Numbered from the stretch's first letter, positions 1 through 8,678 are shown. The stretch: 32,000 nt of DNA from Promethearchaeum syntrophicum (GCF_008000775.2 NZ_CP042905.2:3330001-3362000), one strand, 5' to 3'. Translations and numbers: made by a program. The notes: generated from the sequence alone by a model not told the origin.

Positions 1-589
1 TGATCATTCTTTTATCAAGGTCTGAATTCATTCCCCGTACAATGCTAGATTCCACTTTTTTTTGAATTTGCATTATAGAATAATGGTTTTCATCTTTTAT
101 TGAACCAATCTGAGAAGTAAATCCTGCAATGTTAACACCGTACTGTTTTAAAATCATTTTTGCAATTGCACCTGCTGCAACTATTGGTGCAGTTAATCTA
201 CCAGAAAACCTTCCGCCCCCTTTTAAATTGATTTTAGATCCATATCTCAATCGAGCAGGATAATCTACATGAGAAGGACGGTAAATATCTTCAAATTGTA
301 AATAATCTTGGGAATGAGTGTTAATATTTGGGATGGCTATTCGTATATTTTCCCCTGTAGTAGTTTTATCTTTTACTCCATTAGTAAAATTAAATTTATC
401 TGGTTCATCTCTCGTAGACATTAAATCATTCTGACCAGGTCTTCGTCGGTCCAATTCGTATTGAATAAAATCAAAATCAAGTTTTATATTTTTTGGCACT
501 CCTTTTATTATAACTCCAATTTCCTCACTATGAGACTCTCCAAACAATTCAATCTGAAATAAACGACCAAAAATATCTCGATTTAACAT
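1..589 (-). CDS. aroC: Chorismate synthase, N-terminal ~196 aa (3' end runs off the window start)
   Basis: Not in the ORF track because it is open at the window edge. My reverse-strand translation from the ATG (complement of 587-589) gives MLNRDIFGRLFQIELFGESHSEEIGVIIKGVP..ELDRRRPGQNDLMSTRDEPD..TTGENIRIAIPN..HSQDY..YRPSHVDYPARLRYG..GGGRFSGRLTAPIVAAGAIAK. This is collinear with the conserved AroC blocks (FGESHG, DRRRPG, RPGHADY, GGGRSSARET..AAGAIAK in E. coli AroC, recalled from memory). Confidence 0.85.
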   Translation of the reverse strand, partial: MLNRDIFGRLFQIELFGESHSEEIGVIIKGVPKNIKLDFDFIQYELDRRRPGQNDLMSTRDEPDKFNFTNGVKDKTTTGENIRIAIPNINTHSQDYLQFEDIYRPSHVDYPARLRYGSKINLKGGGRFSGRLTAPIVAAGAIAKMILKQYGVNIAGFTSQIGSIKDENHYSIMQIQKKVESSIVRGMNSDLDKRMI

Positions 590-600
590 TAATTTTTCTC

Positions 601-1170
601 CTATTCTGATTTTTGGACAAATGAAAGAAGATAATTTCTAAGACTATTTACTGCTATTTGTAAATCTCCACTATTATCAATGATTATATCTGCATCGGGA
701 TAATTTTGATTTTTTTTAGCACGATTGACACGCAATTTAAACATTTCATCATTTTCTGCTTCTCTCCCTCGTGATTTAATTCGAGCTAAAGTAATTTCAA
801 AAGGGACTTTAACAAAAACTACTTTTAATTCAGGAAATAATCGGCGAGCATGCGGAATAATTGTTCGGCTAACGTTAATAATAACAATTTTTCCCTCAGA
901 AAGCCATTGTTCTACTATTTTTGGAACTCCATAATCAAGATCATATATATGCCATGTTAGTGAAAATCTATTATTATTCTTCATTTTTATAAATTCTTTT
1001 GGAGTTACTGAGAGAAAGGGCTCTGTTTTGTGAGAAGGACGTGTTATATATCTCTTTGGAACTTTGATTGGAGTAATTTCTTCAGACCAATTTGATAAAA
1101 TTGCATTTAGTATAGAGTCCTTACCGCTTCCAGAATTACCAATTAATAAAAAAAGAACCCCATTTTTCAT
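601..1170 (-). CDS. PhnN-like P-loop kinase (ribose 1,5-bisphosphate phosphokinase / guanylate-kinase-like family)
   Basis: 189 aa. P-loop GNSGSGKDS, then KRYITRP, LSVTPKEF, FSLTWHIYDLDYGVP, NVSR and IKSRGRE. These are collinear with E. coli PhnN (GPSGSGKDS, HRYITR, LSWHANGLYYGV, NGSR, LENRGRE, from memory). Tightly packed between the 784-aa gene (6-nt gap) and aroC (11-nt gap). Confidence 0.65.
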   Translation of the reverse strand: MKNGVLFLLIGNSGSGKDSILNAILSNWSEEITPIKVPKRYITRPSHKTEPFLSVTPKEFIKMKNNNRFSLTWHIYDLDYGVPKIVEQWLSEGKIVIINVSRTIIPHARRLFPELKVVFVKVPFEITLARIKSRGREAENDEMFKLRVNRAKKNQNYPDADIIIDNSGDLQIAVNSLRNYLLSFVQKSE

Positions 1171-1176
1171 TTAAAT

Positions 1177-3531
1177 TCACTTTTCTTTTGTTGTTTCTTT
1201 ATTTCCTGTAGTAATTAAATTGATAGAATCTTGCAAACCATTAGATTTAAGTAGTGAATCTCGAAAATTTTGCTGTTTAGTATAATATTTCGCAAAATAC
1301 AACATAGTCTTAGCAAACCATTTGGAACGAAAAGAACGTTTAAATTCGAATTGTTCGTCCTTATATTCTTCTGGGGGTAATTTTTGTAGTTTATAACGTT
1401 TGAAAGTGAGACCTTTATAAAATACTTTCCACATATATTGATTTAATTTACTAAGAGTTTCTGGGCGATATTTATATAATTGTTCATAGATTTCAAAATC
1501 TGATATCGGAAAAAACTCAATCCATCTATTTTCTTTCCCATCTTTCTGTTTTTCTTTTGATATTAATTTTAGATTCCAATCTTCTTTCACCAAATCAGAA
1601 ATAATTGAAGGGATTCGTTTAACGGGTATCTTAGTTGCCTTTTGAATTTCTCCTGCAAATTCAGAAATATTTATTCGGAATTCTTTGGGATAATCTATAA
1701 TTTCAGTTATTCGTTTCAAATATTCAGTACGGACCAAATTTAATACTAAATCATGCTCATCTTGCGTAATTGCTTTATGAAGGATTTGTTCCTTTTCTTC
1801 TTGACTTTTTAAGAACGAAGCTTCATCTTTTATTTTTTTTCCGTATTGAACTGAAAGTGATTGAATGAAATAAGAAGCTTGATTTTTTGAAGAAGTATAA
1901 GAACCATTTCCAAAATTCATTCTTTTTCTTTGCTTCTTTCGAATCAAAGTTGAAAATCGATCTTGCATATATTTTTTAGCCTTTAATTCATCTTCTCGTG
2001 AGTATTGATCAGTAATTGGCAGAAAATGGATGAAAGATTGTTTTGAACCATTCTCTACCTTTTCTTTTGTAAGTTGGAGATCCATATATTTTTTATCAAG
2101 TTGTTGTATCAGTTTTAGAATTGAATCTTGATGGATATTAGTGATTTTTTCAAGAGATGTATAAACTTCTCCTGAGAGTTGATACTTATCACCACGTCTG
2201 ATGAATTCTCGTTTGAGAAATTTTAATATTGTGCTCATTTTCTCTTCATCAGATTTGATACTTTGCTGGTTAATATGAAGAAACATCGACATCTCTTGTG
2301 GTTTACGCCAATAAGCGATTATTGTAATCCCTAAGAATAAAATAATTAGAATTGGTAAGACTAAATGATCATAAGTAATAAACCCCGCAAACCATCCTCC
2401 TCTTGCTAAATCTCCATCAGAAAAAATCATTCCATAACGGGCAGTAGTTTGAGCAAAGATAGTGCTGATTAAAAACATCACCAAACCATCTTTAGAAATA
2501 AATGCAATACCCGTTTGAAAAGTTTTTGATAAATCTGCAACGATCCATACAAAAAAAAGTATTGCGATTAGAAATTCAACGAAGAAAAACGCACCTCCTG
2601 AAGATGACCCACTACCTAACACTATACTGGTGCCAGCAAGAAAATTTGGGTCTAAAAAAAGATATAAAGCGACATTATATAGCGCGTAAAGAAACATTAC
2701 AAACGTAATCCATGCGAAAGTGCTACTATCGAATGCTCCTGATTTACGAGTGTCTCCTTTTTTTAAAGTCAATGCAGATTGAACTAGTATAAAAATAAAA
2801 ATAAATAGTAAACCTACGTAAATCATAGGCATTACCGTTTGCATTTCATTTCTATAAAGTTCTAATGATATATTTGGAGCATGAACTCCGATAAAATCTA
2901 ATGTCCAAAGTACGACAAAATAACGAAAAATGATTGAGATAAATGTTAAAACACCTAGAATGAAATAGGGGGTAAATCTTGCAAGAAATGTTCTAAATGG
3001 AGAGTATTGTTCAGTCCATCGCATTTCCAATTTTACAGCAAATTGTTTACTTCCAGAATATAACCGGATTGATTGAAAAAGTAACCACACCGTTGAGCCC
3101 ATTAACAGCAATGGATATTCATAACCAAAAATATCATCTAAATAAAAAATTATTGCAAAATTCATAATTTGAAGGAATATGCAAATTAATATTTGTTTTA
3201 TAGCGGTTTTCTTCCCGAAAAACCACGCCAATACTTTTTCATTAGAAAATAATAAAGCAAGATCAACAAAGGTAAAAGTTAGAGCAATTCCAAAGGAAAA
3301 AGGATCCTTAAAACACATAAAATATAAAATATTTATAAAAACTGATTCAGATTCACTAAAATTCAATAGATAAACAAATATGAAAGAATATAATGTGAAA
3401 AATATGAATAAACCTATCATTTTTTTACCGATGTAGCTAGGTTTATCTATTCTCCTCTGTTTTTTCGTTCTACCGAGCAATATTTCACGAATTGAGATCA
3501 ATTTTTGTTGAATATTTGATATGAAATCCAT
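1177..3531 (-). CDS. Polytopic membrane protein (~10-12 TM, aa ~37-408) with a C-terminal cytoplasmic region carrying two winged-helix-like repeats; function unknown
   Basis: A 784-aa uninterrupted ORF in AT-rich DNA. The N-terminal half has many hydrophobic segments. The C-terminal half has an internal duplication (aa ~432-508 and ~593-678), each copy ending in a K/E-rich hairpin plus F(I/F)PI(T/S)D. No family recognised. Confidence 0.7.
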   Translation of the reverse strand: MDFISNIQQKLISIREILLGRTKKQRRIDKPSYIGKKMIGLFIFFTLYSFIFVYLLNFSESESVFINILYFMCFKDPFSFGIALTFTFVDLALLFSNEKVLAWFFGKKTAIKQILICIFLQIMNFAIIFYLDDIFGYEYPLLLMGSTVWLLFQSIRLYSGSKQFAVKLEMRWTEQYSPFRTFLARFTPYFILGVLTFISIIFRYFVVLWTLDFIGVHAPNISLELYRNEMQTVMPMIYVGLLFIFIFILVQSALTLKKGDTRKSGAFDSSTFAWITFVMFLYALYNVALYLFLDPNFLAGTSIVLGSGSSSGGAFFFVEFLIAILFFVWIVADLSKTFQTGIAFISKDGLVMFLISTIFAQTTARYGMIFSDGDLARGGWFAGFITYDHLVLPILIILFLGITIIAYWRKPQEMSMFLHINQQSIKSDEEKMSTILKFLKREFIRRGDKYQLSGEVYTSLEKITNIHQDSILKLIQQLDKKYMDLQLTKEKVENGSKQSFIHFLPITDQYSREDELKAKKYMQDRFSTLIRKKQRKRMNFGNGSYTSSKNQASYFIQSLSVQYGKKIKDEASFLKSQEEKEQILHKAITQDEHDLVLNLVRTEYLKRITEIIDYPKEFRINISEFAGEIQKATKIPVKRIPSIISDLVKEDWNLKLISKEKQKDGKENRWIEFFPISDFEIYEQLYKYRPETLSKLNQYMWKVFYKGLTFKRYKLQKLPPEEYKDEQFEFKRSFRSKWFAKTMLYFAKYYTKQQNFRDSLLKSNGLQDSINLITTGNKETTKEK

Positions 3532-3613
3532 CGTTAAAATAAATTAAAACAACATTACTTAAAAAAAAATAATGAATATATAGAAAATATAGAAAATAAA
3601 AAATTGAATAACA

Positions 3614-4354
3614 ATGTGGGAATGTGATCGCTGTGGAAAATGTTGTATTGAATTTACTCATCAAATCAAATTTCAAAATAATGAACCTTTGTTAGAGTTA
3701 TTTAAGATATCTCCAAAATTACAACAGAATCCTTTATTAACATTATTTTTTCGCATAAAAAATAATTTTAAGCAGGTCATTGACGGAAAAGAACACTATT
3801 TTATTCCTACAAAATCTGGGCTATTACCTTTTCTAAACGAAAATGAAAAGAAATTATTTGAAAATTCAAACAATTCCGAGCTTAATAACAACGAATGCAT
3901 GTTTCTTTCTTGGAAAACTGAAAACAATAGAAAAATCTCCTTCTGTCAAATTCACCAAAATAGTCCTTTAATGTGTAAACAATACCCGTCCAGTAAAGGA
4001 GGTGTCTGTTTAAACCATCCCGAGAGATATTATACAATGGAATTTTTTAATTATCAAAAGAAGAAAATTGGATTCGCAATAGAAGTTCTTAGAAAAATTT
4101 ATGGCGATAAGGTTAAATTCCAAATTGGGTTTGAAATTATTTGTTTTTTAATGGATTTTGGAAGATTTTCATACGAAAAAGTCCGAAATTTTTTCATTAG
4201 TAATTTTCAAATATCATCTTCTGATTTTACGAGTGCAGTTCAAGAATTTGTAAAACTTTCCTTGATTTTTAATGTAAATAACGAATTGGAATCAATTTCT
4301 ATAAAGGAAACAGAACGAGTTGTGGATGATTTGATAAATAAATATGGATGGTAA
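3614..4354 (+). CDS. YkgJ/UPF0153-family CxxCxxCC putative Fe-S/zinc-binding protein (paralog 1)
   Basis: 246 aa. N-terminal CDRCGKCC, with a second-half motif FCQIHQNSPLMCKQYP matching the family pattern C.IY..RP..C..FP. The C-terminal ~100 aa are extra and uncharacterised. Confidence 0.65.
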   Translation: MWECDRCGKCCIEFTHQIKFQNNEPLLELFKISPKLQQNPLLTLFFRIKNNFKQVIDGKEHYFIPTKSGLLPFLNENEKKLFENSNNSELNNNECMFLSWKTENNRKISFCQIHQNSPLMCKQYPSSKGGVCLNHPERYYTMEFFNYQKKKIGFAIEVLRKIYGDKVKFQIGFEIICFLMDFGRFSYEKVRNFFISNFQISSSDFTSAVQEFVKLSLIFNVNNELESISIKETERVVDDLINKYGW

Positions 4355-4412
4355 CAATTTCAGATGATTAGTAGGATAAAACTTTATTAGAATTATTGCT
4401 TGATTTTATTTT

Positions 4413-4694
4413 GTGAGTACTAAACCTTCCGCATCCCAAGAAACAATTCTGGAATTTGTTAAAAGAGCAATTAATTTATTGTTAGATAATCAAATCTCAG
4501 ATACATTGATTCTTTCCAGCCATAAAATCAATTCTATTCTGAAAGATAAATGCGGTGTTAATTTTAAGATTGATCGTATAGGAAGAGCTCTAAGTAAAAT
4601 AGCAAAACAACAAGAATTAAAGCGTATTTCAACCCGTATTCCTAAGTATGAACTTAAAACCTCGAGATTTAAAAGATTTCGCCTACCTGATTAA
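4413..4694 (+). CDS. Small basic hypothetical protein (possible winged-helix DNA/RNA binder)
   Basis: 93 aa with a GTG start. There is no internal Met in the whole ORF, so an alternative start codon is required. Basic C-terminus (KTSRFKRFRLPD). It stops 3 nt before the next gene's ATG. Confidence 0.45.
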   Translation: MSTKPSASQETILEFVKRAINLLLDNQISDTLILSSHKINSILKDKCGVNFKIDRIGRALSKIAKQQELKRISTRIPKYELKTSRFKRFRLPD

Positions 4695-4697
4695 AAA

Positions 4698-5441
4698 ATG
4701 ACAAGTAATGAACAACGTTTTAATAACTATGTGACTGATGCAATGGCAATTTATAATCGCGCAACAGAAGCTAAATCAAGTAAAAATATTATCAGACTTG
4801 CAAATAAAACTCTGAAAACGATTGAGGAAGCAATTAATCTTGCACCAATTATAAAAGCCAAAGAAAAAATTCCTTATCTCAATGAATTTGTTACATTAAG
4901 CCATGCTCTTATTGCAGAAGCACATTACAATAATAAAGACCTCAAATCTGCTATTGAATCCTTCACAATTGCTCAAAAAACTAATAAAAACACTCTTGGA
5001 AATCAAGAAACAAATATTCGCGAGTGCTATATTCTTTCTAAATTAATGGCTATTGGAGTTCTCCAGGAAAATTGGAGAATTGCAGATAAATTTGCACAAA
5101 AGATCTATATTTCAGCTAAGAAGTTAGAAAATACTGTGAAATCCTTATTATACTTAATAAAAATTAAAGATGTATTTATTGAGAGTAAAAATTTGGATTT
5201 TATCAACAAATCTTACACCGAAATGATTAAAATTTGTAAAAAGAAGGAATTCCTTAAGGAAAATCCAAAAAAAGTGGCAGAAGTTTTTAGTGATTATGCT
5301 AAATACTTGAATCTTGTTTTGAAAAAGCAAAAAACCGCAATTAATTATTATAGTAAAGCTGTAGATATCTATGAAGGACTTAATTTAAAAAAGGAAGCTC
5401 TGATTATAACAGAGAAAATCGAAAAAATAAAAAAGAAATAA
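4698..5441 (+). CDS. All-alpha TPR-like repeat protein, function unknown
   Basis: 247 aa, rich in helix-forming residues. TPR-like signatures such as AINYYSKAVDIYEGLNLKKEA and AIESFTIAQK. Probably translationally coupled to the 93-aa ORF. Confidence 0.6.
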   Translation: MTSNEQRFNNYVTDAMAIYNRATEAKSSKNIIRLANKTLKTIEEAINLAPIIKAKEKIPYLNEFVTLSHALIAEAHYNNKDLKSAIESFTIAQKTNKNTLGNQETNIRECYILSKLMAIGVLQENWRIADKFAQKIYISAKKLENTVKSLLYLIKIKDVFIESKNLDFINKSYTEMIKICKKKEFLKENPKKVAEVFSDYAKYLNLVLKKQKTAINYYSKAVDIYEGLNLKKEALIITEKIEKIKKK

Positions 5442-5578
5442 AAATTTCATTTTCTTCTATCTTTTTTTAAGTTATATTTTTGTCATGTTTGACTAAATTG
5501 TTATCATGGAAACATAGATTTCTCCAAATAAAATGAATATTTATAAAATAAACAGATGATATTTATATAAATAGTTAT

Positions 5579-6478
5579 TTGATTAAATATTTTAAAAAAT
5601 TTAAATGTGAAATTTTGATGGTTAAACTTAATCCAAATTTAAAAGAACGTCGAATGGGCTTTTTATTTATGTTCATTTTCTTCTTAATAGGTCTATTTTA
5701 CCTTTTCTATGATGGTTGGTTATACGAATGGGTAGAATATGGTTACTCTGGTGCAAATCAACATTGGGATTTAATAATCTTTGGGGATATGAACTATGAA
5801 ATAATAAATGGTGAATATGTATATCACACAACACATAATTTGATGCATTTCTTATATCTTTGCTATTGGACGGGAGCGGTTAATTATTTATATTTAATAA
5901 CAGGAAATAAATGGCTTAAACAAGGGTCTATTGCAACGATGGCATTTGCGATGATGGCTTTCTTTTCAACCATTAATCCATTAGAAGCAAGTAATATTTT
6001 CTCAACGGATGTATTTAAATTTCATTCATATTACCTTCAAATCGTGTTTGACATTAACCATATCTGCGGAATCATAATGGGTTTTTATATTTTCAACTCA
6101 AGTATAAAAGAGGAAGAAGAAATAAACTTTAAGATGATCACACCGTTCATTTTGGGGACATGGGTTATTTATCTAATAACAAAAGTAGTAATGACTCCTT
6201 GGCCATTTTGGGCACCAGGTAATGAATTGGGCTATTATGATACCAATCAAATAAACAATATTCCCTTTCAATTATATGGTTTCGAATATTTGCTTCTAGC
6301 TGTCCCACTTTTGTATCTAATTAATTTTCTAGTAAGATTTCTAACTCAGAAAATAAAAAACCCAAAATTAAAAGCTATAGTGCCATATGCAATTTTTGCA
6401 AGTTTCACTTTGATTTTTGTTTCAATTGATTTTATAGTTCTTCAAAATATCCCATACCAAGCATTTTTAGGAAATTAG
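5579..6478 (+). CDS. Integral membrane protein (~7 TM), unknown family
   Basis: 299-aa ORF from a TTG start. A more plausible start is the ATG at 5618 (MVKLNPNLKERRMGFLFMFIFF..). Multiple hydrophobic segments. Confidence 0.6.
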   Translation: MIKYFKKFKCEILMVKLNPNLKERRMGFLFMFIFFLIGLFYLFYDGWLYEWVEYGYSGANQHWDLIIFGDMNYEIINGEYVYHTTHNLMHFLYLCYWTGAVNYLYLITGNKWLKQGSIATMAFAMMAFFSTINPLEASNIFSTDVFKFHSYYLQIVFDINHICGIIMGFYIFNSSIKEEEEINFKMITPFILGTWVIYLITKVVMTPWPFWAPGNELGYYDTNQINNIPFQLYGFEYLLLAVPLLYLINFLVRFLTQKIKNPKLKAIVPYAIFASFTLIFVSIDFIVLQNIPYQAFLGN

Positions 6479-6558
6479 GGAAAATTAATTATATATTTAA
6501 TGTTATTATATCTTTTTTTTTTACCTATCTTTTTAACTATGAATTTTAATTAACATTA

Positions 6559-8430
6559 TTGAGGTTTAGAAATTATATTTTCTTTCAAAAAGAGAGAAAA
6601 GGTAATTATAGAATGCAAAGAAATAACTTTTTAATAGCGATAATTTTCTTGTTTTCCATTTTCTCCATATATATACCAACTGTAAATGCAATGAGATACA
6701 TGCCTTTCATCGTTAGAATATCTGATACACCACAAAACGCAGATCCTGCAGATGCTAATGATATTGTTTCTTATAATATTTTAAATCAAGTTTATGAAGG
6801 ATTATATACCTATAATCTTTCATCCCCTAGTACAGAAGTTATCCCTCAACTAGCTTCAAAAATGGGGGAATGGAATGAAAATATGACTGAATTGACAATT
6901 GAATTGAGAGATGATGTAACGTTCCATGATGGAAGTGCCTTTAATGCTACAGTAGTTAAATGGAATTTCGATCGAATTAACTATTTTGCTGCAAATAATA
7001 TAAGTAATCCAGCAATATCGTACTTAAATAATAATGATGAATTAATTGTTAAAGAAACTGTGATTGTGAATAATACTGCAATCAAATTTATCTTAAACAG
7101 ACCATTTTCAATATGGGAACAGATTTTAGCTTTCACTGGCTCTTATATAATTAAACCGAATGATGATTTCAGAGAAAAATTCTTAAGCCTCTCAGATGAA
7201 GCCATCGGAACCGGACCATTTAAAATGGGAGAAATAACACCAGACAGCTCTACTTTGTATGGAGATCAGCATTATGGATCGGTTTATTTTAAACGGTATG
7301 AGGACTATTATAATGGACCTGCAAACATTACCGATATGGTTTACATAGTAATTAAAGATGAAGAAGTCGGATCCACTGCAATGTTGAACCACGAATTGCA
7401 CTATGGTAGAATAGTGCCCGAGCATGTAAACCAAGCTGATGAGGATCTTGAGACTACCATTGAGAGTAGAAGAACCAATATAGTGAATTTTTTAACTTTA
7501 AGCGTAAGAAACATTCCTTATGAGATACGACGGGCAATGGCTTTTGGATGGAACTATACATATTATCTCAAAGAAACGCTTATGGATGAAAATTATGAAT
7601 TGCACACTCCAATCCCTGCTGGAATGCAATATTATAATCCTAATATTGAAGGTTTACCCTATTTTAACAAAACTATCGCCCGCCAGTACATGTTAAATTG
7701 TCCTAATATTACAGCTGAAGTTACAGCAAGTAGATTGGGCATAAATAGTACAGATGCCGAATGGGAAGCCGTTACTACAAGTGAGACACCTCTTTTTGAA
7801 GCCAATTTCACTCGTTATACATCAAGTTCCAGTGAAAAAATCATGCAACAATTAGTATACGACTTTGCATACATCGGGATTAAAGTATTAGATGCTCATG
7901 CTGGCACTTGGAACGGATGGGAAGAGGAAGAACCAGTAGATCCAAAATTTATGCAAATCTCAACGGGGAGAAATATTGTAGGAATTTGGGGTATGCCAGG
8001 TTATGATTATAATGACGCTATCAGCATGATTGAACCATTATACAAAACAAATGCGACTTATAATACAGCGCAATTAAATAATAATACTCTCGATGATATA
8101 ATTTCTGAAAATTATCTATTAACTGGAGAAGCCCGTGCGGAATCATTTGATAATATCGTCTATAAAGTGATGGTCGAAAATTGCCCATCTATGTATCTTT
8201 TCCAACGTGGGGATCTAATTACCTATAACAACAAATTTGTTAGTAATATTAATGATCTCCTCAATATATTGGGCAGATGGTATTGGTATAATATTAAATA
8301 TATTCCACAAAAGGATCTTAGAATCCTTAGAGGTACTTTAGCCACTATTATAGTAGTTTTTGCAGGTTTTGTTTCTGCTTCCTTAATTCGGTACAGGATT
8401 AAAATAAAAAATCTACAGTTCACTTCGTGA
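6559..8430 (+). CDS. Family-5 (DppA/OppA/NikA-type) extracellular solute-binding protein with signal peptide and C-terminal TM anchor
   Basis: The likely true start is the ATG at 6613 (MQRNNFLIAIIFLFSIFSIYIPTVNA, a signal peptide). The mature N-terminus DTPQNADPADANDIVSYNILNQVYEGLYTYN is typical of the SBP_bac_5 opening motif. The C-terminus has a hydrophobic helix GTLATIIVVFAGFVSASLI followed by RYRIKIK. No permease or ATPase gene is adjacent. Confidence 0.7.
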   Translation: MRFRNYIFFQKERKGNYRMQRNNFLIAIIFLFSIFSIYIPTVNAMRYMPFIVRISDTPQNADPADANDIVSYNILNQVYEGLYTYNLSSPSTEVIPQLASKMGEWNENMTELTIELRDDVTFHDGSAFNATVVKWNFDRINYFAANNISNPAISYLNNNDELIVKETVIVNNTAIKFILNRPFSIWEQILAFTGSYIIKPNDDFREKFLSLSDEAIGTGPFKMGEITPDSSTLYGDQHYGSVYFKRYEDYYNGPANITDMVYIVIKDEEVGSTAMLNHELHYGRIVPEHVNQADEDLETTIESRRTNIVNFLTLSVRNIPYEIRRAMAFGWNYTYYLKETLMDENYELHTPIPAGMQYYNPNIEGLPYFNKTIARQYMLNCPNITAEVTASRLGINSTDAEWEAVTTSETPLFEANFTRYTSSSSEKIMQQLVYDFAYIGIKVLDAHAGTWNGWEEEEPVDPKFMQISTGRNIVGIWGMPGYDYNDAISMIEPLYKTNATYNTAQLNNNTLDDIISENYLLTGEARAESFDNIVYKVMVENCPSMYLFQRGDLITYNNKFVSNINDLLNILGRWYWYNIKYIPQKDLRILRGTLATIIVVFAGFVSASLIRYRIKIKNLQFTS

Positions 8431-8566
8431 AATTTCTTATTCTCTTTTTTTTACTCGCATCTTACAACGAAATCTCATTTTCACTTGTCTTTCTAAAGAT
8501 TATTATTTAAAGTTTGTTTAAATCATATTTTCGTAAATATCCCTCATTTAAATATATAAGAAAATA

Positions 8567-8598
8567 TTGTTAACTTTTGGTTGACAAAGTTTTTATAT
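8567..8598 (+). promoter_or_regulatory. Candidate dnaK promoter: imperfect palindrome TTGTTAAC-N5-GTTGACAA abutting a TTTTTATAT TATA-like box
   Basis: Read directly. 8567-8574 is TTGTTAAC and 8580-8587 is GTTGACAA (7 of 8 complementary). The TATA-like TTTTTATAT at 8590-8598 lies ~80 nt upstream of the dnaK ATG. An SD-like GAAGTGA sits at 8665-8671. Confidence 0.3.
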
Positions 8599-8678
8599 GA
8601 AGATTATGTATATTAAGATAAGAAAAATATTTTCTATGAAAAATTTTCAAATGCTAAAAAAAAAAGAAGTGAATTAAA

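Noticed and set aside
725-934. Short antisense ORFs from the track inside longer genes:
- 725-934
- 2502-2708
- 3179-3373
- 7192-7434
- 8223-8423
- 12139-12324
- 14054-14257
- 15112-15483
- 16707-16937
- 17355-17555
- 17583-17813
- 18904-19170
- 22036-22272
- 26879-27070
- 28050-28232
- 29057-29305
- 29938-30138
   Set aside because: Each lies fully or largely within a longer ORF on the opposite strand that has recognisable domains or strong membrane-protein character. None shows a motif or its own ribosome-binding or promoter context.
3485-3676. A 63-aa minus-strand ORF spanning the divergent promoter between the 784-aa gene and YkgJ paralog 1. The same spacer contains a 9-bp tandem ATAGAAAAT x2 at 3580-3597.
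   Set aside because: The ORF overlaps both flanking gene starts and translates to low-complexity F/Y/I-rich sequence. The 2-copy repeat is within the range expected for AT-rich promoter DNA and is more simply a TATA-like region.
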